Shown: positions 63,909-64,000 of the stretch, piece by piece
Position numbering within the stretch: the first letter of the stretch is position 1
How the letters are laid out: each line of letters starts with the position of its first letter
Source: Octopus sinensis
Lineage: Eukaryota
Assembly: GCF_006345805.1 (NCBI RefSeq)
Contig: NC_043005.1
Coordinates: 91,822,001-91,886,000 of the forward strand
Direction of reading: 5' to 3'
DNA length: 64,000 nucleotides
Notes under the pieces: model-generated
What the model was told of the DNA's origin: nothing
What the model saw: only the letters and a program-made list of their open reading frames with translations
The model's database searches: none
Translations under genes and position numbers: made by a program

Positions 63909-64000
63909 TATCTAGATATATTGACTATTATTATAAGTCTTTTATATAAATGCATTAATAATATTAAGATCTTTAAAGATATCTATCATTTTTATCTAGT

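Noticed and set aside
1-64000. CRISPR arrays, rRNA, prokaryotic operons or terminators
   Set aside because: None seen; the repeats are eukaryotic TEs and microsatellites.

Overview
AT-rich, repeat-dense eukaryotic DNA. The SINE/LINE families and microsatellites point to an Octopus (coleoid cephalopod) genome; this is an inference and no database was consulted. No host gene could be identified by homology: most ORF-track entries are microsatellite read-through or transposon remnants, and only scattered low-confidence exon candidates exist on both strands. Supportable content: many tRNA-derived SINEs (at least two families, some with clean TSDs), RTE-clade LINE 3' ends, a Dong/R4-like LINE fragment, two mariner remnants, a near full-length Tc1-like element with DD36E spacing, piggyBac-type (TTAA) and hAT-type (8-bp TSD) MITEs, and several fold-back repeats. 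The strongest unexpected signal is five minimal type-I hammerhead-ribozyme-like motifs in five different sequence contexts (5.9, 25.2, 29.0, 43.7 and 62.0 kb). One lies in a 414-bp, highly structured, non-coding insertion with a 13-bp TSD (retrozyme/Penelope-like). One lies in a 246-bp insertion with a tRNA B-box-like head and a 9-bp TSD. One has a covariant U3-A8 core. A recent templated (template-switch) insertion is also present at 22.3 kb. Ribozyme activity, element classification and novelty are untested. SINE, LINE and remnant boundaries without TSDs are approximate.
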